Positions 1 to 12,372 of a stretch of 64,000 nt of DNA are shown piece after piece (positions within the stretch are counted from its first letter, which is position 1; every line of letters begins with the position of its first letter). Under the pieces are notes generated by a model. That model made no database searches. It was not told the DNA's origin and was given only the letters and a program-made list of their open reading frames with translations. This DNA comes from Eledone cirrhosa (Eukaryota): positions 317,254,001 through 317,318,000 of the forward strand of contig OZ024741.1 in NCBI GenBank assembly GCA_964016885.1, read 5' to 3'. A program made the translations under genes and the position numbers.

Positions 1-3000
1 ATACCTGGAGGTGCAGTAGCCTTAATGCGTGTTTACACATCAACAGCCACGGCATCCCCAGCCCTCCTTTCGAAGGGTGTTGACAACAGATGGATCTCCT
101 CACCAAAGGAGCCCGCTTCTTCCAAAGGAATTGGAAGAGTGCGCGCTCCATTTTGGTGAGCGTTTCCCTTGAGCAAGGCACGACGGTCAGACGGTAATAG
201 ATGACAGACGCTATATAAGCGTTCGCCACCTCCGCCCGACCTTTCAGGGATAGTTTGCACTCAGCCCACTTCCGCGTCAGCGCAAACACCCTGTTCGATA
301 CCTCACCCCAGTTCTTCTCCACCTGGAGATCTGGCCCGAACCAGACCCCGAGCAACTTCACTGGGCCCTCCGTCCAACGTCCGACGACGCCGTTGGAGGC
401 CATCGGTTTGCTCTTCCACTCGCTGAGTTGCAAACCGACTGACTTGTCCCGGTTCAGCTTAACCCCTGTAAACGTTTCGTATTCCTCCAGTAAGGTTCCG
501 ATCACTCCGATTTCCGAGGCGGTTGACACCATTACTGTCACGTCATCGGCGTAGGTCGACACCGCTTTCTGCAATCCTGGTTCCAAAGGGATACCCTGTA
601 ACAACTCCAACTTCCGCAGCAGTGGCTCTAGGGCCAATACATGCAGAAGGGAGGAGAGAGGGCATCCCTGTCGGATGGACCGCGTGATTTCGAACGGCTC
701 CGAGAGGTAGCCGTTCACCTTGACCCTAGAGCAGATGCGGCTGCTGTGCATGGCAGTGATCCAGCCCCTGAAAACGGGTCAGAAACCTGCCGCCACTAGC
801 ACCGCATCCAGGTAACCATGGTCGACCCTATCGAACGCCTTATATTGATCCAAGTTGATCAGGGCCCCACCAAAGCCGGGTTCGTTCCCAACCCTCTCTA
901 TGATGTATCTCATGAGATGGAGGTTGTCGTGAATGGACCTGGACGGGATGGCGCATGTTTGCGCATCTCCCACCAGGTTGCCCACGTCAAGCGCCAACCT
1001 CTTTGCTAACACCTTGACCAAAATCTTTAACTCTGCATTTAGCAGTGTTATGGGCCTAAAATTACTTATTTCATCCCCCTTGTTCTCGTCCTTCCTCACT
1101 AGCGAGACTACGCCCTTGGTCACAGAACAGGGAATTCTCCCGTTCTGTTGCCAGTTGCAGTAGACCGCTTCGAGGAGATCGAAGAACAAGTGCGGCATAC
1201 TTAAATACAGTTCGTATGGAAGACCATCGAGGCCCGGAGATTTTCGTCTGCCGATTTGGCTCAGCACGTCCCCTATTTCAGCAGCTGAGATCGGCCTCTC
1301 GCAGGACTTCGCCTCCTTGTCCGAAAGACGCGGCAGGCCGTCGAGGTATGGACCGAGGTCCACATCCCCATCCAGCCCCTCGTCCCTTCCGAACAATCGG
1401 GCAAAGTGCCTTTGAAAGGCCTCGCACATCTGCTTAGGTTCAAGGATCACCCGTCCATCCTGGTCTCGCAAGACCGAATAGTGGATCTAGTCCCACTTTT
1501 GGCTTCTGTCACGCGGGCCCAGCTAACAGCTTTGGTCCCCTCGTTTCCCAGAGCACGTATTTTGCTTCGGACAACGCAGCCTTCGTGTTTCGCGTCGAAG
1601 AACTGGCCCAAGGCCGTTCTCGACGCTAGCACTCTGGCCACGTTGCCGCTTCTAATTGCCTCTTCTACACTATCTACCAACTCCCTTTCCTTCCTATTTC
1701 TATCTGAGGCTAACGCCTTACTAACTCCTATTGAAACTACTCTAATCTCTCTTTTGAGAGAGCCCCACCACCTGCTGTTGACGATGGCGCCAGTCAACCG
1801 CTCCTTAACTAAAGTGCTAATCCTGTCCCTGTAAGCCTTACTTGCCGGTAAGGACAAGTTGAGCTTCCAGTAACCGGGTCCCTGTCTATGCGTTCTATCA
1901 AGGTTGACCATGGAGGTCACTAACTTGTGGTCTGAATAGCCAACCATGAGCATTTTTGGACAACTTAAAAAGTTCCTATCCTTATTTCTAACTAAGAACC
2001 TATCTAGGTACGATCTAGATTGACCGCTGTGGTTTCTCAAAGTCTAGGTTAGTACAGTCGGAAAATCTAGTCGATATCTATCGGCCAGGTCGAATCGGCC
2101 GATTAACCCCTGGAGGCTGTTACAACCCCCTCTATCAGGACATGCCCCTACATAGTCCCAACGTGCATCTAGGATACCATTCCAGTCCCCCACTAAAAGC
2201 AAGGAGCGGGACGTCCCTAGAAAAGTCTCCAGACGATGGAAGAAGTCCGGCCGCGTTGACCCAAAAGGGCCGTAGACGGCGACCAGCCTAAAAGCTCCAC
2301 TTTCACCACTGCCAATGTCCAGAACCACTAGTCGACCGTCCGGGTCCAAGTGTACCGTTTGTGTAGCGAGACCCAGATGTTTTTGCAGCAGAACGACAAC
2401 CCCACCCCCACCGCCGGACTGACAGAGAGATGCGTGCATCTCAAAGTCATCAAAGGTGGGGGCCAGCTGTCGCACGCTGCTGATCCGGGCCTCGCAAATA
2501 ACCATCACATTTATACATTGTGACCTGAGGTCATTTAGAAGCATTGCTTGCTTCCAAGGTGAGCCCAGGTCACGCGCATTTAGACAACTTATTCTCAACA
2601 CAGCCATGTTGGTGGTAAAGAGAAAAGGCATTTACCGCTCTGCGTCCCGGGGACCGGGCCGCACAATTTCCATGGGGGTGGGGGATGGGTTGTTGGGTGG
2701 GTGGTGGTTTGTGGAAGTGTAGGGGCATCAGTGTGTGGTGGGGTTGGGGTGTTTAGATTTGCGTGAGTGTCTGGGGGGGTTAGGAGGACACGGTTAATGG
2801 GTCTGACGCAGGGGGGGCGCCACGTCCTCTTTAAAAGTGTCTTTTAACGTTTTCTAAATGTCCATTGGGGCTTTTATCATTTTTAGATGGGGAAGCCCCG
2901 TTGCTTGTGCGAAATTCGAACCTTCGGTTTTTATTAAGTTGTTATTATAAATAAGATTTAACAGTTTTTTGTTCATTGTATTTATGTAAGTGTATGCACA

Positions 3001-4684
3001 TTTTTCTTTTTGCGTGATGTTTTTGTTTGCTGTTGTGTGTTTTTTTTGTGTTGATGTCTGTGTTATGGCTTGGGGAGGGGTTGTTTGTATTTGTGTTCCT
3101 GTGGTGTGTTTTCTTTTTTTTCTTTTAACTTTATGAAAGTGTTCCCCCGCCCCCTCGTCTGACGACGAAAGGGGTCGTCTTCCGTATTCGAGGGGAGGGG
3201 TTCATTTTCGGCTCTTGTTTGTGGTGTGGGTGTTATTGTTTTTGTTTTCTGTGGGGGGGGGGGGGGATTGTTTTCAGTTGTGTTTTAACTTGTGGTGTTA
3301 GTTGTTTTGGTGGTGGTGGTGGAGGTTGTGTTGTTAGTGTTGTAGTTGTTGGTGTGGACAAAATCGGTGTTTTTTTGTTTGCTTGGGAACAGGCAGCCCT
3401 CAGGTGACCTCTGCCACCACAGTGGTAACATGCGGGTCGTCTACCCTCCACTGTGATGTGTAAGTAGGTAAGCCCATCCAGCAATATGCGGTCGGGGATC
3501 CTAGCAATTCGTTCTGGCTGCATTTGCACCAGAACTTGCAGGTTAGTTCCACCGAACACGTTGCTGGAAGACTTACTTACCGAAATTACTGCATCCTCTT
3601 TCAAGTCGAGGAGGCCACACAGTACCGCCCAGAAATCAATATCTGGATCGATACTGTGTATGGTCAATCTTTGTGTTTTTCTTCCCAAATAAGTGGGGAA
3701 GAAGGTAAATAAGGGGGACACAATTGGGGCCTGGGAATGTTTTTCTGCCGTCAATTTATCTTTCATTCGGATGGATAGACTACCGTAGAGTCTATCCTTC
3801 CGAATGAATACAATGTTTTTCAGATGATCTTTTAACGCCAGTTCAATCTCTGTCTGTGTGAGTTGTACTGGCTTACGGGTTTTGTTTGATATTGTCCTAT
3901 AAATAATTGTTTTTAAGCTATTTTCCTTTTTTAGCTCTGGAGAGGAATTTAAAGAAAATTGACCATTCTCCTCCAAAGTTATATACTTCCGTGGATTTTC
4001 CATTTGCTGGGCCATGTTCGAAATGTCAATAGGTTCGTACACGATAGTTTTTTTTTATGCTTTGCGCGAACGTCATTTTGTTCGCCCCCTCTCTGTTTAC
4101 ATTTGTCGAAATGTGGTTTTCTTGTTTTTGTTGTTACAATTTTCATTTTTTGTTGTGTTTGTGTTATTTATGTTGGTGTATGCGTTGACATTTTTTTCCC
4201 CGTTGGGGTTAGACTCCATTTTTTCAAAATGTTTACTTATATTTTCAGTATCCGAGAGACTTGTGGCACGTGAAAAGTGGAAACGGCATCCATTAATGTT
4301 GGTAATTTCTCCGAGTCAATTTTTTTCACATTTTTTTCATTAGGGTTAGGCTCCATTTTTTCAATGTTTCTAATAATCATTATTCTTTCAGTAGGGTGGC
4401 TTCTTGCCTCCGCTACACGCTCTCCTTCAGTTTGTTTAGTGGGCGTGTCATCGTTACCTGTGGTAATGGCTTCCATTACCACTAGCGTAGAGACAATCAC
4501 AAGATTTTTAGGATGAAAAATTTCACCCCAAAAGGGGTAAAATAAATTAACCCTAATGTCCGAAGACCCAGGCAAGCGGGTTAATTAACACAATAACGCA
4601 ATAATACAGACAAACACTTACTGTTAACACGTAATATCTCCAATACTCTAGGAGCCGATGTGAAAAACGTCTATACCATCCGGG
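1..4684 (-). mobile_element. Tx1-clade (L1-like) non-LTR retrotransposon, copy D; 5' end intact, degraded, runs off the left window edge
   Basis: ORF1 fragment 3233..4042 has a CCHC knuckle (CYHCGGRGHLRAAC). ORF2 fragments cover the APE endonuclease (SCLNAR, VGDWN, YLDRF, YSDH) and RT (KSPGLDGL, FRPITLLN, DQYKAFDRVDH, YADD near 541-553). Multiple frameshifts and stops. Confidence 0.93.
3233..4042 (-). pseudogene. Tx1 ORF1 (gag-like zinc-knuckle protein) fragment, copy D
   Basis: CX2CX4HX4C knuckle; homologous to 12953..13801 (FIRKDRLYGS, VQMxPERIAxIPDRI, VEGRRPACY). Confidence 0.85.
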
Positions 4685-7600
4685 GATAGATAGATATATT
4701 GATAGATTTCTTTATTTGCCACAAGGGAACACAAGAAAAGGGGACAATAGAAAGACATGCCGGGGATTTTACATACAGTCGTGTAAAAAATATAAAACAA
4801 ACAATTACAACAATCGAAATCCCCAATAGGGGGGAAGCCCCACAAATGGGTTGTTTAATACCCCGTCAATAGAACAACCCTCAACTCCAGGAACGTGTTG
4901 TGCAAGTGTTTCTTTCTTCCTTTTGCTCTCTTCTTTAACCTACAGGCTTATAAACAGAGAAGGCCCAATCACTCGGGCCATTTTCGCTTCATTCACCCAC
5001 CTTTCAGTAAATTTACTGGAGTGCAGTGCCTCTCTCTCCACTCTCATTCTCCTTCTAAAGTGATACTTAAAAAATGGAATCAATTGTTGTCCGGAGAGAA
5101 AGGCATCTGTCCTCAGTCCTTTCAATCTCGTCCACCATATAACCATAGCCACTGTACAGAGGAAAACCGCCTCTCTTTCGTTTTTGAAAGAGGCTGGCAG
5201 TTTGATCCTTACTATGGACTCGGCAGTCAACTGGATTTGTCCCATACGCGACAGCAGTTGTTCTGCATAGTTCCACAGGTCGGTTACGGCCGGGCAGTGT
5301 ACAATTGCGTGCAGGACTGTTTCAATGTCCTGCGCGCATCTTGGGCACGTCCTCTTGGAACGATCCCTGCTGGGGTGTCCGTGCCTGTAGATCTTGTCAC
5401 GAACCGGTAGAGCTCCTCGGTAGCACTGCCAGGCCACGAACCTCTGGAAGTTGTCCATAGATCCCGGGCGGAAAGTCCTACCAAACAGACTTGTGAGCTC
5501 ATCGTCTTCGACGCCCAGAGTCTCTTCGAGCACGTCGTCGCCCTTGTAACGTACAATCCCTCTATGAAATGTCGAAGTGGAGTCTCCACTGATTGCTGTG
5601 CTCGCTTGCTAGAGGACTGTGAGCGCCTGAGCGCATTCAATGTGCCAGGCGCCCATCGTTTTCAGTCTTGTCTTGACCCACGACTGCAACTCCGTCAGCG
5701 AGACGAGCTGTGGGAAAGCCTCTCTCACAAACGGTGACCACACCGGTTGGGGGTCGGTGAGGAATACCTGGAGATGCCGCAGCCTCAGCGCATGTTTGCG
5801 CATGATCAGCCACGGCATTCCCAGCCCTCCGTTGGAAGGGTGATGACAGCAGACGGATCTCCTCACCAGCGGAGCCTGCTTCTTCCACAGAAACTGGAAG
5901 AGCATGCGTTCCATCTTGGCGAGGTGTTCACGGGGTCAAGGCACGACAGTCAAGCGGTAGTAGATTACAGACGCTATGAAAGTGTTCGCCACCTCCTCTC
6001 GACCATTCAAGGACAGTTTGCACTCTGCCAACTTCTGGGTGAGCGCAAACACCTTGTCCGTGACCTCATTCCAGTTTTTCTCCACCTGGAGGTCTGGACC
6101 GAACCAGACCCCGAGCAATTTCACCGGTCCGTCCGTCCAGCATCCAACCACGCTGTCGGACGTCATCGGTTTGACTCTCCACGTACCGAGTTGCAAACCG
6201 ACAGACTTGTCCGGGTTTAGTTTTGCTCCCGTCAGCGTTTCGTATTCTTTCAGTAAGTTGCCGATCACCCCGATTTCCGAAGTGCTCGACACCATTACCG
6301 TCACGTCGTCCGCATAAGCCGACGCCGCTTTGCGCAGTCCCGGTTCTGGGATGCCCTGCAACAGCTCGAATTTCCGCAGTAGTGGTTTTAGAGTCAATAC
6401 ATACAGAATGGAGGAGAGAGGCCACCCTTGTCGAATGGAACGCGTGTTTGCGAACGGCTCCGATAGGTAGCCGTTCACCTTGACTCTAGAGCAGATGCTG
6501 GTGTGCATCGCTTCGATCCAGCCTCTGAAAACGGGACCGAAACCGGCCGCCTTGAGAACCGCTTCCAAGTATCGATGGTCAACCCTATCGAATGCCTTAG
6601 ACTGATCTAAATTGATCAGAGCCCCACCGAAGCCGGGTTTACTACCCACCCTCTCTATGATGTATCGCATGAGGGGGAGGTTGTCGTGTATGGACCTGGT
6701 CAGGATTGCACACGTTTGCGCTTTTCCTACCAGGTTCTCGACGACAAGCGCCAACCTCGTCGCAAGAACCTTGGCCAAAATCTTTAACTCTGTGTTGAGC
6801 AGAGTTATGGGCCTGAAGATGTTAATTTCGTCCCCCTTGTTTCCTGATCAGCGTTCCTACGCTCTTGCTTGCAGAACTGGGAATTCTCTCGTTCTGCTCC
6901 CAATTGCATAGACAGCTTCGAGGACGCCAGAGAACAAGTCCGTCATGCCTATGTAAAACTCATAGGGTAGACCATCTAGACCTGGTGACTTGCGTTTCCC
7001 GCAGCGGCCCAGAGCATCCCGTATCCCAGTGTCCGTGATCAACCTTTCGCAGAACTCGGCGTCCGTGTTCGAGAGACGCGGCAGGCCGTCGAGGTATGAA
7101 CTAAAGTCCATTACCCCGTTCGGCTCACCGTCGTTCTGCTCAAATAGTCGCGCAAAGTGCTGCTGAAAGGCCGCGCGCATTTGCTTGGGGTCAAGTAGCA
7201 CGCGGCCGTTTTGGTCTTTCAAAGACCGAATCGTGGACTTGTTGCCACTTTTCGCCTCCGCCACTCGGGCCCAGGTGACAGCTTTCGCTCCTTCGTTTCC
7301 TAGAACACGTGTTTTGCTTCTGACCACGCAGCCTTCGTGTTTCGCATCGAAGAACTGGTCCAGTGCCGTTCTCGACGCTAACACTCTAGCCGCGTTGCCA
7401 GTTCTAAGTGCCTCCTCTCCCTTGGCTACTAGTTCTCTTTCTATTTTGTTTTTCTCTAAGGCTAACTCTCTGCTAAACCCTATCGATTCTACTCGAATTG
7501 CTTTCTTGAGAGAGTACCACCATCTATTGTTGACGATGGCTCCCGTTAACTGTTGCTTGACTAGTCTACTTATCCGTTCACTGTAAGCTTTACGTGCCGG

Positions 7601-7852
7601 TAACGACACGTTCAGCTTCCAGTATCCGGGTCCCTGTCTATGTGTTCTGTCACGGTTGATTATGCAGACGACTAATTTGTGATCTGAATAGGCAACCATG
7701 TGCATTCGTGGACAGCTTAACATCTCCTTGTCCCTTTCTCTAATGAAGAACCTATCTAAATACGATCTAGATGTCCCGCTGCGGTTTGCCCACGTCCACT
7801 GTGGTGCAGTCGGGAAATTCAGTCGATACCTATCGACCAGTTGGAATTGGCC
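4685..7852 (-). mobile_element. Tx1-clade retrotransposon, copy C; 5'-truncated within the endonuclease domain
   Basis: ORF2 pieces 6857..7852, 5936..6778 (SAYADDVTV), 5609..5914 and 4940..5533 (CPRCAQDIETVLHAIVHC). 3' end reads GTGGCAAATAAA followed by degenerate (TATC)n at 4685-4706. Confidence 0.93.
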
Positions 7853-7885
<33 letters not shown>

Positions 7886-8228
7886 TCTTTCTTTATTTGC
7901 CACAAGGGCGTACAAAAATGGGACATTACAAGAGGTGATGGCGGGGGTTTTACATAAAACTCATATAACTTTAACATTAATAAATAACAATAAACTATAT
8001 ATAATAAAACAATTGAAGTCCCCAATAGGGCGGCGGTGCGTTACTGCAGGGCTGTTTTACACCCCGTGGATAGAACAACCCTCAACACAAGGAATATGTT
8101 TTGTAGGTGTTCCTGTCTTCTCTCTGTTTATCTTCCTCAACCTACAGGTTTCTATACAGAGAAGGCCCATTCACTCGGGCCATTTTCGCCACATTCACCC
8201 ACCTTTCAGCGAATTTACTGAGGTGTAG

Positions 8229-8291
<63 letters not shown>

Positions 8292-8668
8292 CTCCCATCT
8301 TCCTTCTGAAGTGGTACTTAAAGAAGGGGATGAGTTGTTGTCCGGGGAGAAAGGTGTTTGCCCTCAGTCCTTTTAACCTCGTCCACCATATTACCACTTT
8401 CGCCATAGCCATCAGACAGAGGAAAACCGCCTCTCCTTCATTCTTAAATGAAAGCGGCGGGGTGATCCTCACGATGTACTCGGCTGACAACTGGGTGCGT
8501 CCCACACGTGACAGTAGCTGTTCGACATAATTCGGTCACCCCTTGGCACTGAACAATTGCGTGCAGAATGGTTTCGATGTCCTGCTCGCCTCTTGGACAG
8601 ATCCTTTTGGCAGGATCTTTGCCAGGGCGTCCGTGCCTGTAGATTTTGTCTCGAATTGGTAGAGCTCC
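7853..8668 (-). mobile_element. Tx1-clade retrotransposon, copy B; heavily 5'-truncated (ORF2 C-terminus plus 3' UTR)
   Basis: 8215..8505 aligns to the C-termini of the other copies (EAVFLC, IWWTRLKGLR, FFKYHFRR). 3' end GTGGCAAATAAA followed by (TATC)n at 7853-7885. Confidence 0.9.
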
Positions 8669-8699
<31 letters not shown>

Positions 8700-8930
8700 A
8701 TTTCTATTTATTTGCCACGAGGGCACAAAAGAAGGGGACATTTACACAGTGGGGGAGTTTACATAAATCGAGTAAAGAAAAAAGGAATAACAATAATAAT
8801 ATAACAATAAAAATTCCTCAAAAGGGAGGGGGCGTGTTGGGGATTGCACATACCCCCGAAAAGTGTGCAACTCTTTTCGCGGGGGAAGCCCAGAGAGGAG
8901 GCGTTCCCCCTTTCCTCTTCACTTCTTCAC

Positions 8931-11900
8931 CTACAGAACAATGTAGAGAGAAGGCCCATTTACACGGGCCATTCTCGCTTCTTTCACCCACCTTTCATAA
9001 AACTGTCTGGGACCAAGCACTTCTCTCTCCATCCTGATTCTTCTTCCGAAGTGGTATCGGAAGAAGTAAACCAGGTGATGGCCGGAGAGAAAGTCACCCG
9101 ACCTCAGACCTTTCAGGCGCGTCCACCACACAACCTCTTTCATCATGGCTATTACGCACAGAAAGACCGCCTCTGCTTCATTTCTGAAGGGAGGAGGCGC
9201 CTCGATGTTCACCACAGACTCGGCGGTTAATCGAATCGGCGCCACACGCGACAGCAGTCGTTCGACGTAGCCCCACAGATCGGCAACGCCCGGGCAGTGT
9301 ACCAGTGCATGCGCAACGGTTTCCTCGTCGCGCACGCATCTGGGACAGATCTTTTTCGCTGGATCCCTGCCCGGGCGCCCGTGTCTGTAGAGCTTTTCTC
9401 GAACGGGCAGAGCCCCCCGGTAACACTGCCAGGCTAGGGACCTCTGGAAGTTGTCCATGGGTCCCGGGCCGAAAGTTCTACCGAACAGGCTGGCCAGTTC
9501 GTCCTCCTCCATGCCTAGCGACTCTCCAAGGGTGTCGTCGCCCCTGCTAGCCACCAACCCTCTATAGAATGTCGAGGTGGATTCTCCACTGACAGTCGGG
9601 TCCGCTTGCCAGATAGCCGTGAGCGCCTGGGCACACTCGGTGTGCCAGTTGCCCAGTTTTCTCGGTCTTTGCTTCACCCAGGATTGCAGTTCGGTGAGCG
9701 AGACGAGCTGTGGGAAGGCTCGCCTCACAAACGGGGCCCACACCGGCTGACCGTTGAGGAATACCTGTAGATGCCGTAGCCTCAATGCGTGCCTACGCAT
9801 CAACAGCCACGGCATACCCAGCCCTCCTTTCGAAGGGTGCTGGCAGCAGATGGATCTCCTCACCATGGGAGGCCGCTTCTTCCAGAGGAACTGGAAGAGC
9901 ATGAGTTCCATGATGGTGAGCTTTTCCTTGGGGCAAGGCACGACGGTCAGGCGGTAGTAGATGACGGACGCTATGTAAGCGTTCGTCACCTCCGCCCGAC
10001 CTTTCAGTGATAGTTTGCACTTGGCCCACTTCTGGGTCAGCGCAAACACCCTGCTCGTCACCTCGCCCCAATTCTTCTCCACCTGGAGGTCCGGTCCGAA
10101 CCAGACCCCGAGCAGCTTCACCGGGCCCTCCGTCCACCGCCCGACGACACCGTCTAACGGCATCGGTTTGCCCCTCCACGTTCCGAGTTGCAAACCGACT
10201 GACTTGTCCTGGTTCAGCTTAGCCCCCGTCAGCCTTTCGTATTCCTTCAGTAGGGTGGCGATCGCCCCGATTTCCGAGGCGTCCGCCACCATTACTGTTA
10301 CGTCGTCGGCATAGGCCGAGACCGCTTTGTGCAATCCCGGTTCCAGAGGTATGCCCTGCAGCAACTCCAACTTCCGCAGCAGTGGCTCGAGAGTCAATAC
10401 GTACAGAAGGGAGGAGAGGGGGCACCCCTGTCTGATGGATCGGGTGATTTGAAACGGCTCCGAGAGGTAGCCGTTTACTTTAATCCTAGAGTAGATGTTG
10501 CCACTGTGCATGGCGGAAATCCAGCCCCTGAAAACGGGTCCGAAGCCCGCCGCCGCTAGCACCGCATCCAGGTAACCATGGTCGACCCTATCGAACGCCT
10601 TAGATTGATCCAAGTTGATCAGGGCCCCACCAAAGCCGGGTTCGTAGCCAACCCTCTCTATGATGTATCGCATGAGGTGGAGGTTGTCGTGAATGGACCT
10701 GGACGGGATAGCGCATGTCTGCGCGTCTCCCACCAAACCACCCACCACAAGCGCCAACGTCTTCGCCAACACCTTGGCCAAAATCTGTAACTCTGCATTC
10801 AGCAGAGTTATGGGCCTAAAGTTACTTAAGTCGTCCCCCTTGCTCTCGTCCTTCCTCACTAGCGTGACCACGCCCTTGGTCACAGAACAGGGAATTCTCC
10901 CGTTCTGTTGCCAGTTGCAATAGACAGCCTCGAGGAGTTCGGAGAACAAGACCGGCATAGCTAAATAAAGTTCGTATGGTAGACCATCGAGACCCGGGGA
11001 TTTGCGTCTGCTGCATTGGCTGAGCGCTTCCCCGATTTCAGTAGCTGTGATTGGCCTTTCGCAGCACTCTGCTTCGCCGCTCGAAAGACGCGGTAGACCG
11101 TCGAGGTATGGACCGAAGTCCACATCCCCGTCCGGCCCCCCGCCACCTCCGAACAGTCGAGCAAAGTGCCTTTGAAAGGTCTCGCACATTCGCTCAGGTT
11201 CAAGGATCACCCGTCCATCCTGGTCTCGCAAAGACCGAATGGTGGATTTAATCCCACTCTTGGCTTCTGTCACGCGGGCCCAGCTAACGGCTTTGGTCCC
11301 TTCGTTTCCTAAAGCACGTATTTTACTTCGGACAACGCAGCCTTCGTGCTTCGCGTCAAAGAACTGGCTCAATGCCGTTCTCGTCGCTAACATTCTGGCC
11401 ACGTCTCCGCTCCTAATCGCCTCTTCTAGTTTATCTGTTAACTCCCTTTCCTTCCTATTTCTATTCGCCGCTAGTTCCTTACTGTAACCTATCGAACTTA
11501 TTCTAATCTCTCTCTTTAGAGATACCCACCACCTACTGTTGACGATCGCTCCCGTCAACCGCATCTTAACTAAGCTACTAATCCGGTTTCTGTAATCTTT
11601 CTTTGTCGGTAAGGACAAGTTCATCTTCCAGTAACCGGGACCCTGTCTATGCGTTCTATCAAGGTTGACCACGCAGGTCACTAATTTGTGATCTGAATAG
11701 CCAACCATGATCAGTTCTGGACAACTAAATACGTCCCTATCCTTACTCCTAACCAAAAACCTATCTAGGTACGATCTAGATTGTCCACTGCGGTTTGCCC
11801 AGGTCCAGGTTGGCGCAGTTGGACAATCTAGTCGAAATCTATCGACCAGGTCGAATCGATCGAGTAACCCCTTGAGGCTGCTACACCCCCCTCTATCGGG

Positions 11901-12367
11901 ACATGCCCCTGCATAGTCCCAACGCGCATCTAGGATTCCATTCCAGTCCCCCACTAAAAGCAGGGAACGCGACGTTCCTAGAAAAGTCTCCAGACGCTGG
12001 AAGAAGTCGGCTCTTTCCGCCCCGAAGGGAGCATAAAGACCGACCAGTCTGAAAGCCCCGCCTTCACCGCCTCCGACGTCCAGCACCAGTAATCGACCCC
12101 CCGGGTCCGAGTGAACAATCTGTACGTCGAGAGTCAGACGTTTATCCAGCAGTACGGCAACTCACCCCCCCCCCCCCCGCCTCCGGGTTGACAGAGAGAT
12201 GCGTGCATCTCAAAGTCATCGAAGGCGGGCGCCAGCTGTCTCACGCTGCTGATCCGACTCTCGCAAACAACCATCACATCTATACTTTGTGACCTGAGGT
12301 CACTTAGAAGCTTTGCTTGCTTCCAAGCTGAGCCCAGGCCACGCGCGTTCAAACAGCCAACTCTCAA
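8931..12367 (-). CDS. Tx1 ORF2: APE endonuclease, reverse transcriptase and C-terminal Cys/His domain; frameshift near the poly-C run at ~12165-12180
   Basis: 1051-aa open frame with GDWN, LDRF, SDH, SPGLDGL, DQSKAFDRV, RQGCPLS, YADD and CPRC..ETVAHALVHC. The N-terminal endonuclease (GCLNARG, VCE) lies in another frame, and no in-frame ATG is evident (ATA GAT CAA). Confidence 0.92.
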
Positions 12368-12372
12368 TTGAT

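Noticed and set aside
255-11916. Plus-strand ORFs recurring across the Tx1 copies
   Set aside because: Antisense shadows of the conserved ORF2 frame.
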